Assembly (NCBI RefSeq): GCF_049720995.1
Contig: NZ_JBNASF010000001.1
Location: forward strand, 89,401 to 121,400
Direction: 5' to 3'
Source: Methanothermobacter sp.
Lineage (GTDB): Archaea; Methanobacteriota; Methanobacteria; Methanobacteriales; Methanothermobacteraceae
DNA length: 32,000 nucleotides
This document shows, piece by piece, positions 1-9,528 of this stretch. The notes below the pieces were generated by a model, which was given only the letters and a program-made list of their open reading frames with translations, was not told where the DNA came from and ran no database searches. Every line of letters starts with the position of its first letter. The stretch's first letter is position 1. The translations under genes and the position numbers were made by a program.

Positions 1-403
1 TCTGAGATCCCACAACACATGTGTACTTGCAACCTGCCATGACAACCGCCCAAGGGCAACACCCCTTGAATACGTGTATGACGGTGAGTCCATATACGTA
101 ATCACCGAGGGTGGGGAGAAATTTGCGGGTATCCTTGAGAACAGTAACGCATCCGTTGCAGTTTACGAGGACTACACATCCATGAGCAACCTGGCAGGGA
201 TGCAGATAACCGGTGCCGTGGATATACTGGATGAAGAGGAATCAGAGAGGATCTATAATCTAAGGGGCCTGAATACTGAGTCCATGAGAAATCTCCCGGT
301 GGATATGAACGTCATAAAGATCTCCATCCACAAGGTTGAGTTCCTCAACAGCAGGTTCAGGGAAGTCTCATCAAGCGCAAAACAGGTGCTCTGCTTTAAA
401 TAG
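1..403 (+). CDS. PNPOx-like (pyridoxamine 5'-phosphate oxidase type) FMN-binding split-barrel protein, 5' end outside window
   Basis: The frame of the 74..403 ORF stays open back to base 2 (LRSHNTCVLATCHDNRPRATPLEYVYDGESIYVITEGG..), so the GTG at 74 is probably internal. The family call rests only on general sequence style. Confidence 0.5.
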   Translation, partial: LRSHNTCVLATCHDNRPRATPLEYVYDGESIYVITEGGEKFAGILENSNASVAVYEDYTSMSNLAGMQITGAVDILDEEESERIYNLRGLNTESMRNLPVDMNVIKISIHKVEFLNSRFREVSSSAKQVLCFK

Positions 404-496
404 AAACTCTAAAAAGTTTATGAACATTATACTAAAACTCTAAAGAAGTTTTATGGAATGCCTAGAGCATTTCATTATTGTATTTATCCACCGTGC

Positions 497-1705
497 TCAT
501 CCACTGAAGGATCCTTCTGCTGATCCTTTGCTGAGGCTGCTACAGCTGTATGCGTCATGGGTTGCGAGGAAAGAATCTGCCCGGGCAATCAGGCTGAGAA
601 CCTGTGGGGAAGCATAGGCTCCATTGAGTATATTAAGTTCTGCTGCAGGTAGCTGTGCATATAGCTTGTTTATTCATGCTGAGCCATTGAAGTTGAGGAT
701 TCTCACAGCCTGTTCTGCGGTGGTGACAAGTACACTGCCATCTCCACCGGCAGTTCCAAGACATAGAACGGTGCCAGGGGTGATGTTACAGCATCCCCGT
801 TGTTTCCATTGAAACCGGCGTGTGTATTCCAGTACCCTACTGTCAGTGTACCGCAGGGACTTCTCACGTATACATCAACAGCCATGAGTCTGATCACGGG
901 TGCTGTATCACATGTTACAAATGATGCCTCATTAGCCTCCGTGTAAAGTCCAGGCACATTGTAGGGTCCATAGGTCACAGAATAGTTGAAGGTGTGGGTT
1001 TTCCCTAGCATTATATCACTGCCCACATTGATGAATCCAATGTATCCCATCTGTCGTCGGATACAGTTAAGGATTCATCAACAAGCTCTGAAGGTTATCC
1101 TAATTCCACATCAGCCGTTGCGGTGTACTCTGTAGATCCTCCCATCTCTGAATGTCCAGGTAATGGTCATGGTTCCGCTGAACCACCTTTGCAGTGAAAT
1201 CCTTAAAATTATGATCCGGTTAAATTCATCAGAAGTCCCGGTGATGCAGTATCAGAGACAGAGCTTATTAAAGCGGCGATGTGTGCAGGGTTGAACACTG
1301 TGATGATGCCACCAACCATCAGTCAACGTCTGTTCCAGTATCCACTGAAAGGTTCACTGTGGCCTCTGTTAAGTCGGCCTCCTTGCTGATGTTCCAGGTG
1401 TATGTCCTCGTGTAGGACGTTGTGGCATTCTTGGAGACCATCAGCTCATATACTTTAACTCGGACCTATGCACTGGGACTCTGACCGGTTTCCCTTATCT
1501 TGGCCGTGTTGTTGTAGTTCCCGGGCACGGTGAACCTCCTGGTGTATGTAACTGATCCTGAGTCGTTAAAGAACCATGAGCCTCCACTGGTGTCATCAAC
1601 ATGTATGCACTCATTCAGCATCACCGGTGATGCGGTAGTGTTGCCGTTGCTGATGTTGCCGGTCCAGAGGGTGTTCCGAGGTGCCCTGAATGATATGTCA
1701 ATGAA
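497..1705 (-). pseudogene. Decayed remnant of a repeat-containing cell-surface (Ig-like/DUF11-style) protein gene
   Basis: Hand translation of the minus strand gives protein-like text with an in-frame TAG at about 1466-1468: ..FTVPGNYNNTAKIRETGQSPSA*VRVKVYELMVSKNATTSYTRTYTWNISKEADLTEATVNLSVDTGTDVD. It then continues only after frame changes (..MVGGIITVFNPAHIAALISSVSDTASPGLL.., ..GTMTITWTFRDG.., the 703..1050 ORF, and a last piece ..LNGAYASPQVLSLIARADSFLATHDAY.. ending about 497). There is no N-terminus, because TAA TAA lies directly upstream at about 1706-1711. Confidence 0.5.
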
Positions 1706-1870
1706 TTATTACAATCCTGTGAAAATTAGCTATTAAATTGAGGGGTCAGCTGAAATGGTATGAAGACCCTCTGAATCTCCGATAAAGTATTATCATGGGT
1801 TAAGTGAAAAGGCAATGACAATTCCTGAATCCATCATAAAGAGCAAATGTCCAGAAATTCGGCGCATATA

Positions 1871-1903
1871 AAATATAAAAGAATGGAAACCTGTGGCTTC
1901 CAT
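1871..1903 (-). terminator. Hairpin plus T-rich tract downstream of alba
   Basis: ATGGAAaCC-tgt-GGcTTCCAT (1883-1903) is a near-perfect hairpin 15 nt after the alba stop. On the minus strand it is followed by TCTTTTATATTTT. Confidence 0.45.
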
Positions 1904-1918
1904 CTTTTATATCCCTAA

Positions 1919-2194
1919 TCACTTTCTGAGCTGGATTTCTATTGCTGAAACATTGGTAGCGGTTCCCTCGTTACCAATGATCTCCTCTGTACATATGTCG
2001 ATGTTCTCTATCTGTATGTCTGGTATGAAACGATTCCTAACAATCTCTGCAACGTCAACAGCCCGGCTTATAGCTCTTCCACGGGCTTTAAGGATCACTT
2101 CACTGGTTCCACCGTTCATCTGAGTCACTACGGCCAGAACATAGTTCATTACAGGCTTGTTTCCGATGTATACTACATTCTCCTCTGACATCAC
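1919..2194 (-). CDS. albA: Alba (Sso10b-type) chromatin DNA/RNA-binding protein
   Basis: The 91-aa product (..[49 protein letters not shown]..) is typical Alba. GGAGG lies 7 nt upstream of the ATG. Confidence 0.93.
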   Translation of the reverse strand: MMSEENVVYIGNKPVMNYVLAVVTQMNGGTSEVILKARGRAISRAVDVAEIVRNRFIPDIQIENIDICTEEIIGNEGTATNVSAIEIQLRK

Positions 2195-2237
2195 TTAACC
2201 TCCAAGAGTGTCTGTGATAAAGATAGAAACCCCGGAT

Positions 2238-2245
2238 TATATAAA
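2238..2245 (-). promoter_or_regulatory. TATA box of the alba promoter
   Basis: The minus strand reads AAACTTTATATAATCC, a consensus methanogen TTTATATA, about 44 nt upstream of the alba ATG. This leaves room for a short leader carrying the GGAGG. Confidence 0.55.
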
Positions 2246-2270
2246 GTTTGTGATATACTAATTAAAAAAT

Positions 2271-3458
2271 TTAATAACACATCCTGGACTTAACCGCTTC
2301 AAGTATCCTCCCGCCGGTTACAGCGGCCCCCCTGAACCCTGCAGTGATGGCAGAACCATGCATAACATCGATGAGAGGCGCACCCAGTGATTCTGAAAAC
2401 CTTGTCTCTGCAACTCCACCGAGTATGACCTCAGCTTCATTCCTGATAAGCGCATCCTCCAGCTCAGATAGATCAGCCCCAACCAGAACCTCCGACCTCA
2501 CGCCACTTCCAGAGAGGTTCTCAAGTGTGTACTCACCAATCATGTCCATTGCCACCACAGCGGGTTTCATTCCAAGTTCAGTTACAAATCCCGCCAGTGC
2601 AACGGCCCTTGTGGGTCCTGAAACTATACCGGCCCTCACACCCCCAAGTTCGGATCTCAGATGATCCCTTTCCTCAGCGTATCCACTGAGTTCATCCTGG
2701 ATGGGGTAATCAATGTGGAGGTGGTCAAGTATCCCCTCATAGAAGTCCAGTGTGTTTGAAAACCCCAGGGGGATGGGGTGGTGGAGGAAGGGCATCCCGA
2801 ATCTCTCCTCAAGAAACCTGCAGGGCCCTATCCCTGATACATCACAGAAGGAATAGTTCAGATGGGCGGACGCAATCATCTCAATGTCACCGACTGTACT
2901 CCCGGATGTGAGCACACAGTTCACAGAAACACCCATACTGCCAAGGGTATCCACAATATGGTTGAGGTCGGGCCCGCCCCTGAACTCACCTATGATGTTG
3001 ATTGATGGCTCATCCAATGGTTTCACATCAGCTGCGAGGGACTCAAGGAGTGCCATCATAACCTCAAGGTATCCTTCGCCCTGGTTTGACTCAAAGCCCC
3101 CTGCGCTGATGGTTACAATCTGAGAGTCAATTTCTCCCTTAACATCCTCTGCCACCCTCCCTATATCCTCGCCTATTATGCTTGTTGCGCAGGAGCTCAT
3201 AACAGCTATCAGTTCCGGTTTAAGGGTTCTGTCAGCTTCAATTATGGCCTTTTTGAGTTTATCAGCGGCCCCAAACACCACATCTGATTCAGAGAGCTCC
3301 GTTGATAGAACCCTTATCCTCTTACCTCCCCTTGCCGTCAGAAGGTATCCGATATGGTATGCGCAGCCCCTGGGTCCATGGATGAGCGGTACAGCATTTC
3401 GGACCCCTGAAACTGCCCTTACAGCCCCGAAAAGTTTACATGTTGATACCGGCTCCAT
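2271..3458 (-). CDS. cfbD: NifD-like (NflD) protein, probable Ni-sirohydrochlorin a,c-diamide reductive cyclase subunit CfbD (coenzyme F430 pathway)
   Basis: The 395-aa product has a nitrogenase component-1-like fold signature (..CKLFGAVRAVSGVRNAVPLIHGPRGCAYH.. ..AVMSSCATSIIGEDI..). It is too short for NifD/K/E/N and has no nifH/K neighbours. An AGGTG SD lies 5 nt upstream, and the gap after leuA is 8 nt. Confidence 0.65.
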   Translation of the reverse strand: MEPVSTCKLFGAVRAVSGVRNAVPLIHGPRGCAYHIGYLLTARGGKRIRVLSTELSESDVVFGAADKLKKAIIEADRTLKPELIAVMSSCATSIIGEDIGRVAEDVKGEIDSQIVTISAGGFESNQGEGYLEVMMALLESLAADVKPLDEPSINIIGEFRGGPDLNHIVDTLGSMGVSVNCVLTSGSTVGDIEMIASAHLNYSFCDVSGIGPCRFLEERFGMPFLHHPIPLGFSNTLDFYEGILDHLHIDYPIQDELSGYAEERDHLRSELGGVRAGIVSGPTRAVALAGFVTELGMKPAVVAMDMIGEYTLENLSGSGVRSEVLVGADLSELEDALIRNEAEVILGGVAETRFSESLGAPLIDVMHGSAITAGFRGAAVTGGRILEAVKSRMCY

Positions 3459-3466
3459 CGGTACAC

Positions 3467-4984
3467 CTACTTGAGGCTGAGGATCTTGTTGATTGCATCG
3501 AGGACCGCTTCCACACTTGCCATTACTATATCCTCCCTGGTGGATCTTCCTGTTGCCTTGTTGCCGTCGGCGTCGCTCATAACAACAAATACCTCTGCAA
3601 GGGCATTGGTACCGCCCGTTATTGCCTCTATATTGTATTCATCAAGTTCTATATCTGCTGTTTCACTTACAAGGCTCTGTATGGCGTTTATGGCTGCGTC
3701 AACAGGTCCTACGCCTGTCATTGATGTTGTCTTGATCTCATCCCCGATCCTCAGCTTAACGGTGGCCGTTGGCATCACACTCTCACCTGTCATCACCGCT
3801 ATACCCTCAAGCTTCACGATCTCCCTTGTTGCCTTTCCAAGGATTGTGACTGCCATTGCCCGAAGATCGGCGTCGGTGATCCTTTTCCCCTTATCTCCAA
3901 GTCTTTTGACCTGTTCATAGAGGGTGCAGAACTGGTCCTCGTTCATATCTATACCGTATTCCTGCAGCTTTGATCTGAGGGCGTTGGCCCCTGTGTGCTT
4001 GCCGAGGACTATCCTCCTCTTGTGACCAACCATCTCAGGGGTTATGGGTTCATAGGTTTCCGCCTTCTCAAGAACACCATGGACGTGTATGCCCGCCTCA
4101 TGTGCAAAGGCGTTTTCACCCACGATTGCCTTGTTGGGGGGCATCCTTACCCCCGTTATCTTTGATACGAATTCTGAGATGTTCACAAGCTCCGTTGTCC
4201 TTATGGTGAGGGGGAGGTCATAGCGGGTTATGAGGGCCATCACAACCTCCTCCAGGGCGGCATTTCCTGCCCTTTCACCAAGCCCGTTTATAGTTGCATG
4301 TACCTGTGATGCGCCTGCCTCAACAGCTGCAAGGGAGTTTGCAACGGCCAGTCCAAAGTCATTGTGGCAGTGGACGCTGATGGGTGTCCTGATCTCATCC
4401 CTGAGGCCTCTTATAAGGTGGTTCATCGCCCTGGGTATCATCACCCCGACGGTGTCTGGGACGTTTATCATAGCGGCCCCTGCATCCTCTGCGGCCCTGT
4501 ATACCTCCACAAGGTAATCAAATTCGGTCCTTGTGGCGTCCTCGGCAGAGAATTCCACCCTGAGCCCATGTTCTGCCGCATATTCAACTCCAAACACTGC
4601 CCTGTCTATTATCTCCTCAGGGGACATCTTGAGCTTGTACTTCCTGTGGAGGGGTGATGTCCCTATGAAGGTGTGTATGTAGTCAGCTCCGCAATCAATA
4701 ACAGCGTCTATGTCCTCCCTGAGCACCCTTGCCAAACCACAGGTGTTCACATCAAGACCCAGGTCAACTATCCTTCTTACTGAGTCCATCTCCCCAGGGG
4801 AGGCTGCAGGGAACCCTGCCTCTATTGTGTCAACCCCAAGGGATTCCAGTTTCCTTGCTACGCATATCTTCTCATCCACCGTGAGAGCCACCCCAGGTGT
4901 CTGCTCACCGTCCCTGAGTGTTGTGTCAAATATTCTCACCGTCTCAGGTAGCCTCATTTCCGGTTTAACCTCTTCTATGTACAT
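3467..4984 (-). CDS. leuA: 2-isopropylmalate synthase (LeuA/CimA family)
   Basis: ..[17 protein letters not shown].. ..[16 protein letters not shown].. ..[22 protein letters not shown].. plus a C-terminal LeuA-type regulatory domain. The [10 protein letters not shown] motif looks more like LeuA than CimA. Confidence 0.75.
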   Translation of the reverse strand: MYIEEVKPEMRLPETVRIFDTTLRDGEQTPGVALTVDEKICVARKLESLGVDTIEAGFPAASPGEMDSVRRIVDLGLDVNTCGLARVLREDIDAVIDCGADYIHTFIGTSPLHRKYKLKMSPEEIIDRAVFGVEYAAEHGLRVEFSAEDATRTEFDYLVEVYRAAEDAGAAMINVPDTVGVMIPRAMNHLIRGLRDEIRTPISVHCHNDFGLAVANSLAAVEAGASQVHATINGLGERAGNAALEEVVMALITRYDLPLTIRTTELVNISEFVSKITGVRMPPNKAIVGENAFAHEAGIHVHGVLEKAETYEPITPEMVGHKRRIVLGKHTGANALRSKLQEYGIDMNEDQFCTLYEQVKRLGDKGKRITDADLRAMAVTILGKATREIVKLEGIAVMTGESVMPTATVKLRIGDEIKTTSMTGVGPVDAAINAIQSLVSETADIELDEYNIEAITGGTNALAEVFVVMSDADGNKATGRSTREDIVMASVEAVLDAINKILSLK

Positions 4985-5129
4985 TTAAATTCCCCGTGGT
5001 CTGGCCTTTTTATCATGATCTATATGCTGCCACAATTAAAAGCTTTTACACAGCAGATCCAGTTATAAGTTATAAGTTTAAGGGGAAGCAGTCTGTCACC
5101 AGGAGACAAATGACCCCCTGATATTATAT

Positions 5130-5921
5130 TTAAACCGCCATGCTGAGACTCAGGAAGTTCCTGAGGCCCGGTGCAAGGCCAAGTATGAATATCACAAGTT
5201 TAAGGAGATCTGAGTCCACTGGGTCCTCAACGTATCTGTCAATGGCGTAGAGCGCCGCCACTATGACCGCTATCTTGAGGGGAAACATCACAAGGGCAGT
5301 GCCAGTTAGGGCCGTGAATGCCGATGGCAGAACATGCTGCTCAGAATAACCATAGATGTCAACCGCAACGTAGGTTGATGATGCATCGAAAAGGTGTGCT
5401 GATATAGCGTAGAGGTTCATCCTGTCCCTTAGAAGTTCCCATTTGAGACCCATCACATAGAAAAGGACTGCTGATGCCATGAATACTCCCAGTACAGAGA
5501 AAAAGGGTGCAGGATTAATTTTCTGCATGCCTATGATGTTTGGTATGGAAAGAACTGCCCCTGTAGCAAATACAAGCTTTCTGTAATCCCATCCATAAAG
5601 TTTCTCAAGTTTAACCGAGATGAGAAGCGTCGCTATTGCCGTGAGTCCCACAAGGATGTATATGCCGGGTGTAACAAGGAGATGGGTGAGGGGGTAGATT
5701 CCATTATCCACAAGGGCCCTTGCACCTGACCCGAGAAATATGAAGGGAAGGAGCGGTACCAGAAGTTCCCTGGGGTCCTTTTTAAGCCACCTGAACATTC
5801 TGAGTATGATAAGAACAGCAGCCCCGAGTACAATGCCAAAAACAACCGTGTTTAGGGGTGTGTAACCAGGGTGTAGGTAGAAGAAGTTGTTCTCCAGGAA
5901 ATCCTGAAGCTCAGATATCAT
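5130..5921 (-). CDS. Polytopic membrane protein of unknown function (archaeal DUF63-like)
   Basis: The 263-aa product has about 7 hydrophobic helices. Its start overlaps the upstream PHP gene stop by 11 nt (ATGATATCTGA). The family name is from memory only. Confidence 0.5.
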   Translation of the reverse strand: MISELQDFLENNFFYLHPGYTPLNTVVFGIVLGAAVLIILRMFRWLKKDPRELLVPLLPFIFLGSGARALVDNGIYPLTHLLVTPGIYILVGLTAIATLLISVKLEKLYGWDYRKLVFATGAVLSIPNIIGMQKINPAPFFSVLGVFMASAVLFYVMGLKWELLRDRMNLYAISAHLFDASSTYVAVDIYGYSEQHVLPSAFTALTGTALVMFPLKIAVIVAALYAIDRYVEDPVDSDLLKLVIFILGLAPGLRNFLSLSMAV

Positions 5922-6573
5922 TTCTCATCCTGCCTATGAGTTTTTTGTTGATTACCTCCCTCACAATTAGAGGAAGAGGGGTTCTTCTTCCCTCAGGTAT
6001 GGTTTTGCCCCTTCTTATACCATCAATTATGTCATCAACTGTATTTTCAGCTTCCACAAGGGTGAATGAGCTTCCAACAGCCTCCACGAAGTGTGAGTCG
6101 CTTGCACCTATCTCAGGAATGCCCCTCTTTCTTGCGAATTTTCTGGCCCTCCAGTTGGAGTAGCCGACAATGTAGCGGGAGTTGAGGGTTTCAATTGCAT
6201 CAACACGGAGGTTTCTCTCGTTCACAAAGAGTCCCTGTCTGTACCTGACAAATGGGTGTGGAATTATGGCAAGTGCGTCCTGTGAGTGTATCTCATCCAG
6301 GGACTCTGCGGGTGTTAGGCCCCTTTCTATTTCCTCCTGCACACCAAGTGCCACTATATGACCTGCGGATGTGCTGAGCTCCACTGCAGGGACCACCGTG
6401 ACCCCAAAATCTGCTGATTCCCCCATGGCGATCCGGGACCCCCTCATTGTATTGTGGTCTGCAATCGCAACTGCATCGAGGCCCACAAGGGATGCCCGCC
6501 TCAGTACATCCCGCGGCGTTCCCCTTGCATCCCCTGAATATACGGTGTGTATGTGTGGGTCAATCCTTATCAT
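5911..6573 (-). CDS. PHP-domain metal-dependent phosphoesterase
   Basis: MIRIDPHIHTVYSGD.., ..AVAIADHNTMRGS.., ..IPHPF.., ..GASDSHF.. are the PHP His/Asp metal-ligand motifs in canonical order. Confidence 0.75.
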   Translation of the reverse strand: MIRIDPHIHTVYSGDARGTPRDVLRRASLVGLDAVAIADHNTMRGSRIAMGESADFGVTVVPAVELSTSAGHIVALGVQEEIERGLTPAESLDEIHSQDALAIIPHPFVRYRQGLFVNERNLRVDAIETLNSRYIVGYSNWRARKFARKRGIPEIGASDSHFVEAVGSSFTLVEAENTVDDIIDGIRRGKTIPEGRRTPLPLIVREVINKKLIGRMRNDI

Positions 6574-6610
6574 GAAATCACCTTAAATTGTCCCCATCTT
6601 CACGGGCCCA

Positions 6611-7654
6611 TCAGTGCCTCACCCTGTATTCTATGCTCCCTATGAGGCCCACGGGTCCCGTCATCATGACGTCCCCTGCCGGTGCGGCATGATAGGCTCT
6701 GAGGGATGTTTCATCGAGAATCCTCCTCTGTGGTCCCGTTGCAACAACCACTTCAGGCTCACCCACTCCTCCAAGGGCGTGGGCACCATGACCCCCGTCG
6801 CCATGGACCTCCCGGTGTGTTATCTCCCCATGTGCGAGTTTAAGGAGGAGTTCCTCAAGTTTCTGAGGAGACAGCATTTTTGTGTGGTGCTCCATGACCC
6901 CATGTATCTTGCCATCCAGGATGCTGGCTGCCAGGGTGTGGCCATTACCTGCATCAACAGCTATTAGAGGCCCATCTGAGTCCACTGCTGGGTCAAGGAG
7001 TGCCCCTGCTATTGACGCGAACTTGGAATCCATCATGAGGAGCGGGTGCTCCGCTGACACCTCAATGGATTTCATCCTGGTGAAGTAATCGGGGACGTCA
7101 CCAAGGTATGAGAACTCCTGAGGTTTCAGTGGTTCTGTGAGTTTCTCCCTTATCTTCATGAAACGGAAGTTCCTATCACCCATATCACCACCCGCACCAT
7201 GGTCCTGAACAGCCACACCCAGAAAGTCGATCTCCAGTTCAACATCAAAGTTTCCCAGGGCCCCTGCTATGGCATCAAGGTCAACATCCCCCAACTTCAC
7301 CCTCCTAAGACCCGGGGCCCTGTCTGATATCTCTATACCCATTTTCCTGACCCTTTCAAGGTCATCCCTAATGGTCCTTGCTGCCTCAGTGGTCATTACA
7401 ACCCTGTAGCCCCTCTCAAGGTGTTCCAGTATTGCCCTGCTCACGGGTCCCCCACCCATCGTCCGGCCATGAATGAACACATCCCCATTGATTCCCCTGA
7501 TCCTTTCTGCGATTATCCTTGTGGGTGAGGGCATTACCATCTTTATGGAATTTTCAATTCTATCAGCTGTCGTGTCATGGTACATTATATCCTGTGTTCC
7601 TGCCCCCACATCAACTGCAAGTATCCTCATACTGGAATCATATCTTCCCTCCAT
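6611..7654 (-). CDS. ASKHA-fold (sugar-kinase/Hsp70/actin-like) protein, archaeal DUF1786-like, function unknown
   Basis: ..MRILAVDVGAGTQDI.. is a phosphate-1 motif, and ..IAVDAGNGHT.. is a second ASKHA motif. The true start may be ATG 7630 (MRILAVD..). Confidence 0.55.
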   Translation of the reverse strand: MEGRYDSSMRILAVDVGAGTQDIMYHDTTADRIENSIKMVMPSPTRIIAERIRGINGDVFIHGRTMGGGPVSRAILEHLERGYRVVMTTEAARTIRDDLERVRKMGIEISDRAPGLRRVKLGDVDLDAIAGALGNFDVELEIDFLGVAVQDHGAGGDMGDRNFRFMKIREKLTEPLKPQEFSYLGDVPDYFTRMKSIEVSAEHPLLMMDSKFASIAGALLDPAVDSDGPLIAVDAGNGHTLAASILDGKIHGVMEHHTKMLSPQKLEELLLKLAHGEITHREVHGDGGHGAHALGGVGEPEVVVATGPQRRILDETSLRAYHAAPAGDVMMTGPVGLIGSIEYRVRH

Positions 7655-7673
7655 TTATTAACCATTTCCTAAA

Positions 7674-7689
7674 TGTACAGATATGTACA
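7674..7689. promoter_or_regulatory. Two TRP boxes (TGTACA-N4-TGTACA), the TrpY operator of trpB2
   Basis: aaaTGTACAgataTGTACAgta lies immediately upstream of a TTTTAAATA TATA-like element, about 90 nt before the trpB2 ATG. TGTACA is the published TRP-box consensus for Methanothermobacter TrpY, which is reported to regulate trpB2. Confidence 0.6.
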
Positions 7690-7777
7690 GTAAAGTTTTA
7701 AATAGTTCTTTGAAGAGAGATCATGCATGTAAATGCTGATGATAACACGACCTGATCAAGAAACCTGAGGTGATACC

Positions 7778-9064
7778 ATGAACAAGATTGTTCTTGATGA
7801 AAACGAAATACCGAAAAAATGGTACAACATCAACCCGGACCTGCCATCACCCCTACCCGAACCCAGAAACCCTGAGGGCGGAGAGAACATAGAGAACCTT
7901 CCAAGGGTATTCTCAAGGGGCGTCCTTGAGCAGGAGATGTCAATGGAGCGCTGGATAAAGATCCCCCGTGAGGTCAGAGATGTCTACAAAATGATTGGAA
8001 GGCCCACCCCCCTTTTCAGGGCAAAGGGCCTTGAGGAGATGCTGGATACCCCCGCCAGAATATACTACAAGAGGGAGGACTACTCACCCACAGGAAGCCA
8101 CAAGTTGAATACTGCGATAGCGCAGGCATACTATGCCCGTGAAGATGGCGCCGAAAGGCTCACAACAGAAACAGGTGCCGGTCAATGGGGAACAGCCCTC
8201 TCGCTTGCATGTTCACTCATGGACCTCCAGTGCAAGGTCTACATGGTCAGGGTGTCATTCAACCAGAAGCCCTTCAGGAAAACAATAATGCAGCTCTATG
8301 GTGGTGAGGTTGTCCCATCACCAAGTGACCATACCGAATTCGGAAGGAAAATACTCAGTGAGGACCCCGACCACCCCGGATCCCTTGGTATAGCCATATC
8401 AGAGGCGATGGAGGAGGCCCTTCAGTATGAAAACGTTTACTACTCCCTTGGAAGCGTCCTCAACCACGTTCTGTTACACCAGACCGTGATAGGTCTTGAA
8501 ACACAGAAGCAGCTGGAAATAGCAGGTGAAACACCTGACGTCATGATAGGATGTGTGGGAGGGGGTAGCAACTTTGGTGGGGCGGTTTTCCCATTCATAA
8601 AGGATAAACTTGATGGTAAACTCGACTGTGAATTCATAGCAGCTGAGCCAAGATCCTGCCCCACCCTCACCCAGGGAGACTACCGGTACGACTTCGGTGA
8701 CACAGCAGGTATGACACCCCTCCTCAAGATGTACACACTCGGCCACGACTTTGTACCCCCATCCGTACACGCAGGAGGTCTGAGATACCACGGAATGTCA
8801 CCGCAGGTTGCACTCCTGGTGAAGGAGGGCATCATCAGGGCCAGAGCCGTGGCGCAGCATGAAATATTTGAGAGTGGTGTTAAATTTGCAAAGGCCGAGG
8901 GGGTTGTCCCCGCGCCAGAAACCTGCCACGCCATAAGTGTTGCAATGGATGAGGCCAGGAAGTGCAGAGAGACCGGTGAGGAAAAAACCATAGTTGTGAG
9001 CTTCTCTGGCCACGGGCTCCTTGACCTCAAGGGTTACGGGGACTACCTTGAGGGCAAAATCTAA
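7778..9064 (+). CDS. trpB2: Tryptophan synthase beta-like protein TrpB2
   Basis: The 428-aa product has the long N-terminal extension typical of TrpB2. ..[25 protein letters not shown].. carries the PLP lysine, and ..[11 protein letters not shown].. is also present. The start context is GAGGTGAT-acc-ATG. Confidence 0.9.
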   Translation: MNKIVLDENEIPKKWYNINPDLPSPLPEPRNPEGGENIENLPRVFSRGVLEQEMSMERWIKIPREVRDVYKMIGRPTPLFRAKGLEEMLDTPARIYYKREDYSPTGSHKLNTAIAQAYYAREDGAERLTTETGAGQWGTALSLACSLMDLQCKVYMVRVSFNQKPFRKTIMQLYGGEVVPSPSDHTEFGRKILSEDPDHPGSLGIAISEAMEEALQYENVYYSLGSVLNHVLLHQTVIGLETQKQLEIAGETPDVMIGCVGGGSNFGGAVFPFIKDKLDGKLDCEFIAAEPRSCPTLTQGDYRYDFGDTAGMTPLLKMYTLGHDFVPPSVHAGGLRYHGMSPQVALLVKEGIIRARAVAQHEIFESGVKFAKAEGVVPAPETCHAISVAMDEARKCRETGEEKTIVVSFSGHGLLDLKGYGDYLEGKI

Positions 9065-9228
9065 AGGCCACACTTAATCATCCAGGAGCAGCAGGCTGGA
9101 CGCGGGCTGAGGTGATGTGAGCCTCAGCCGGGCTTCAGCCAGGGGCCCCCAGCTTCTTCTTCAATACATATAAATACCATCATCACCCAAACTAAATTAG
9201 TTTATATCAATCTCATCAAGGTGATCTG

Positions 9229-9516
9229 ATGGACTACAGGAACATCGTTATCGGTGCCATGATCCTTATCATAGCACTGATGGTCGGTTTCAATGTTGCC
9301 CTGTACATGGGGGCGCAGGAACAGAACGTGACACAGCTGGACTGGGCCGACAATGCAACAACAGATATGAGTTTTGCAAATGAATCCAATGCACCGGTCA
9401 GCATCAACAAGACAAAAACAATCACAAAGAGAACCAGAAAAAACATAACACCCGGTGAAGGAAACACCACAGTGCCTGAAGAACCTGAACCACCGGTTCA
9501 AAATCAAACAGTATAA
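9229..9516 (+). CDS. Small single-pass membrane protein with a sequon-rich tail
   Basis: The start context is AGGTGAT-ctg-ATG. An N-terminal TM helix (IVIGAMILIIALMVGFNVALYM) is followed by a 65-aa tail with 7 N-x-S/T sequons. The gene ends 12 nt before fae-hps. Confidence 0.6.
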   Translation: MDYRNIVIGAMILIIALMVGFNVALYMGAQEQNVTQLDWADNATTDMSFANESNAPVSINKTKTITKRTRKNITPGEGNTTVPEEPEPPVQNQTV

Positions 9517-9528
9517 GGAGGATAAAGA

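Noticed and set aside
403-458. Direct repeat AAACTCTAAA(A/G)AAGTTT(T)ATG(G)AA (403-424 and 434-458) after the PNPOx-like gene
   Set aside because: It is short, AT-only and imperfect, and lies between convergent gene ends. It is probably just terminator-region sequence, with too little signal to interpret.
2271-3458. A genuine nitrogenase subunit (NifD/K/E/N)
   Set aside because: It is too short, stands alone between leuA and alba, and has no nifH/K/E/N neighbours. It fits the methanogen NflD/CfbD class better.
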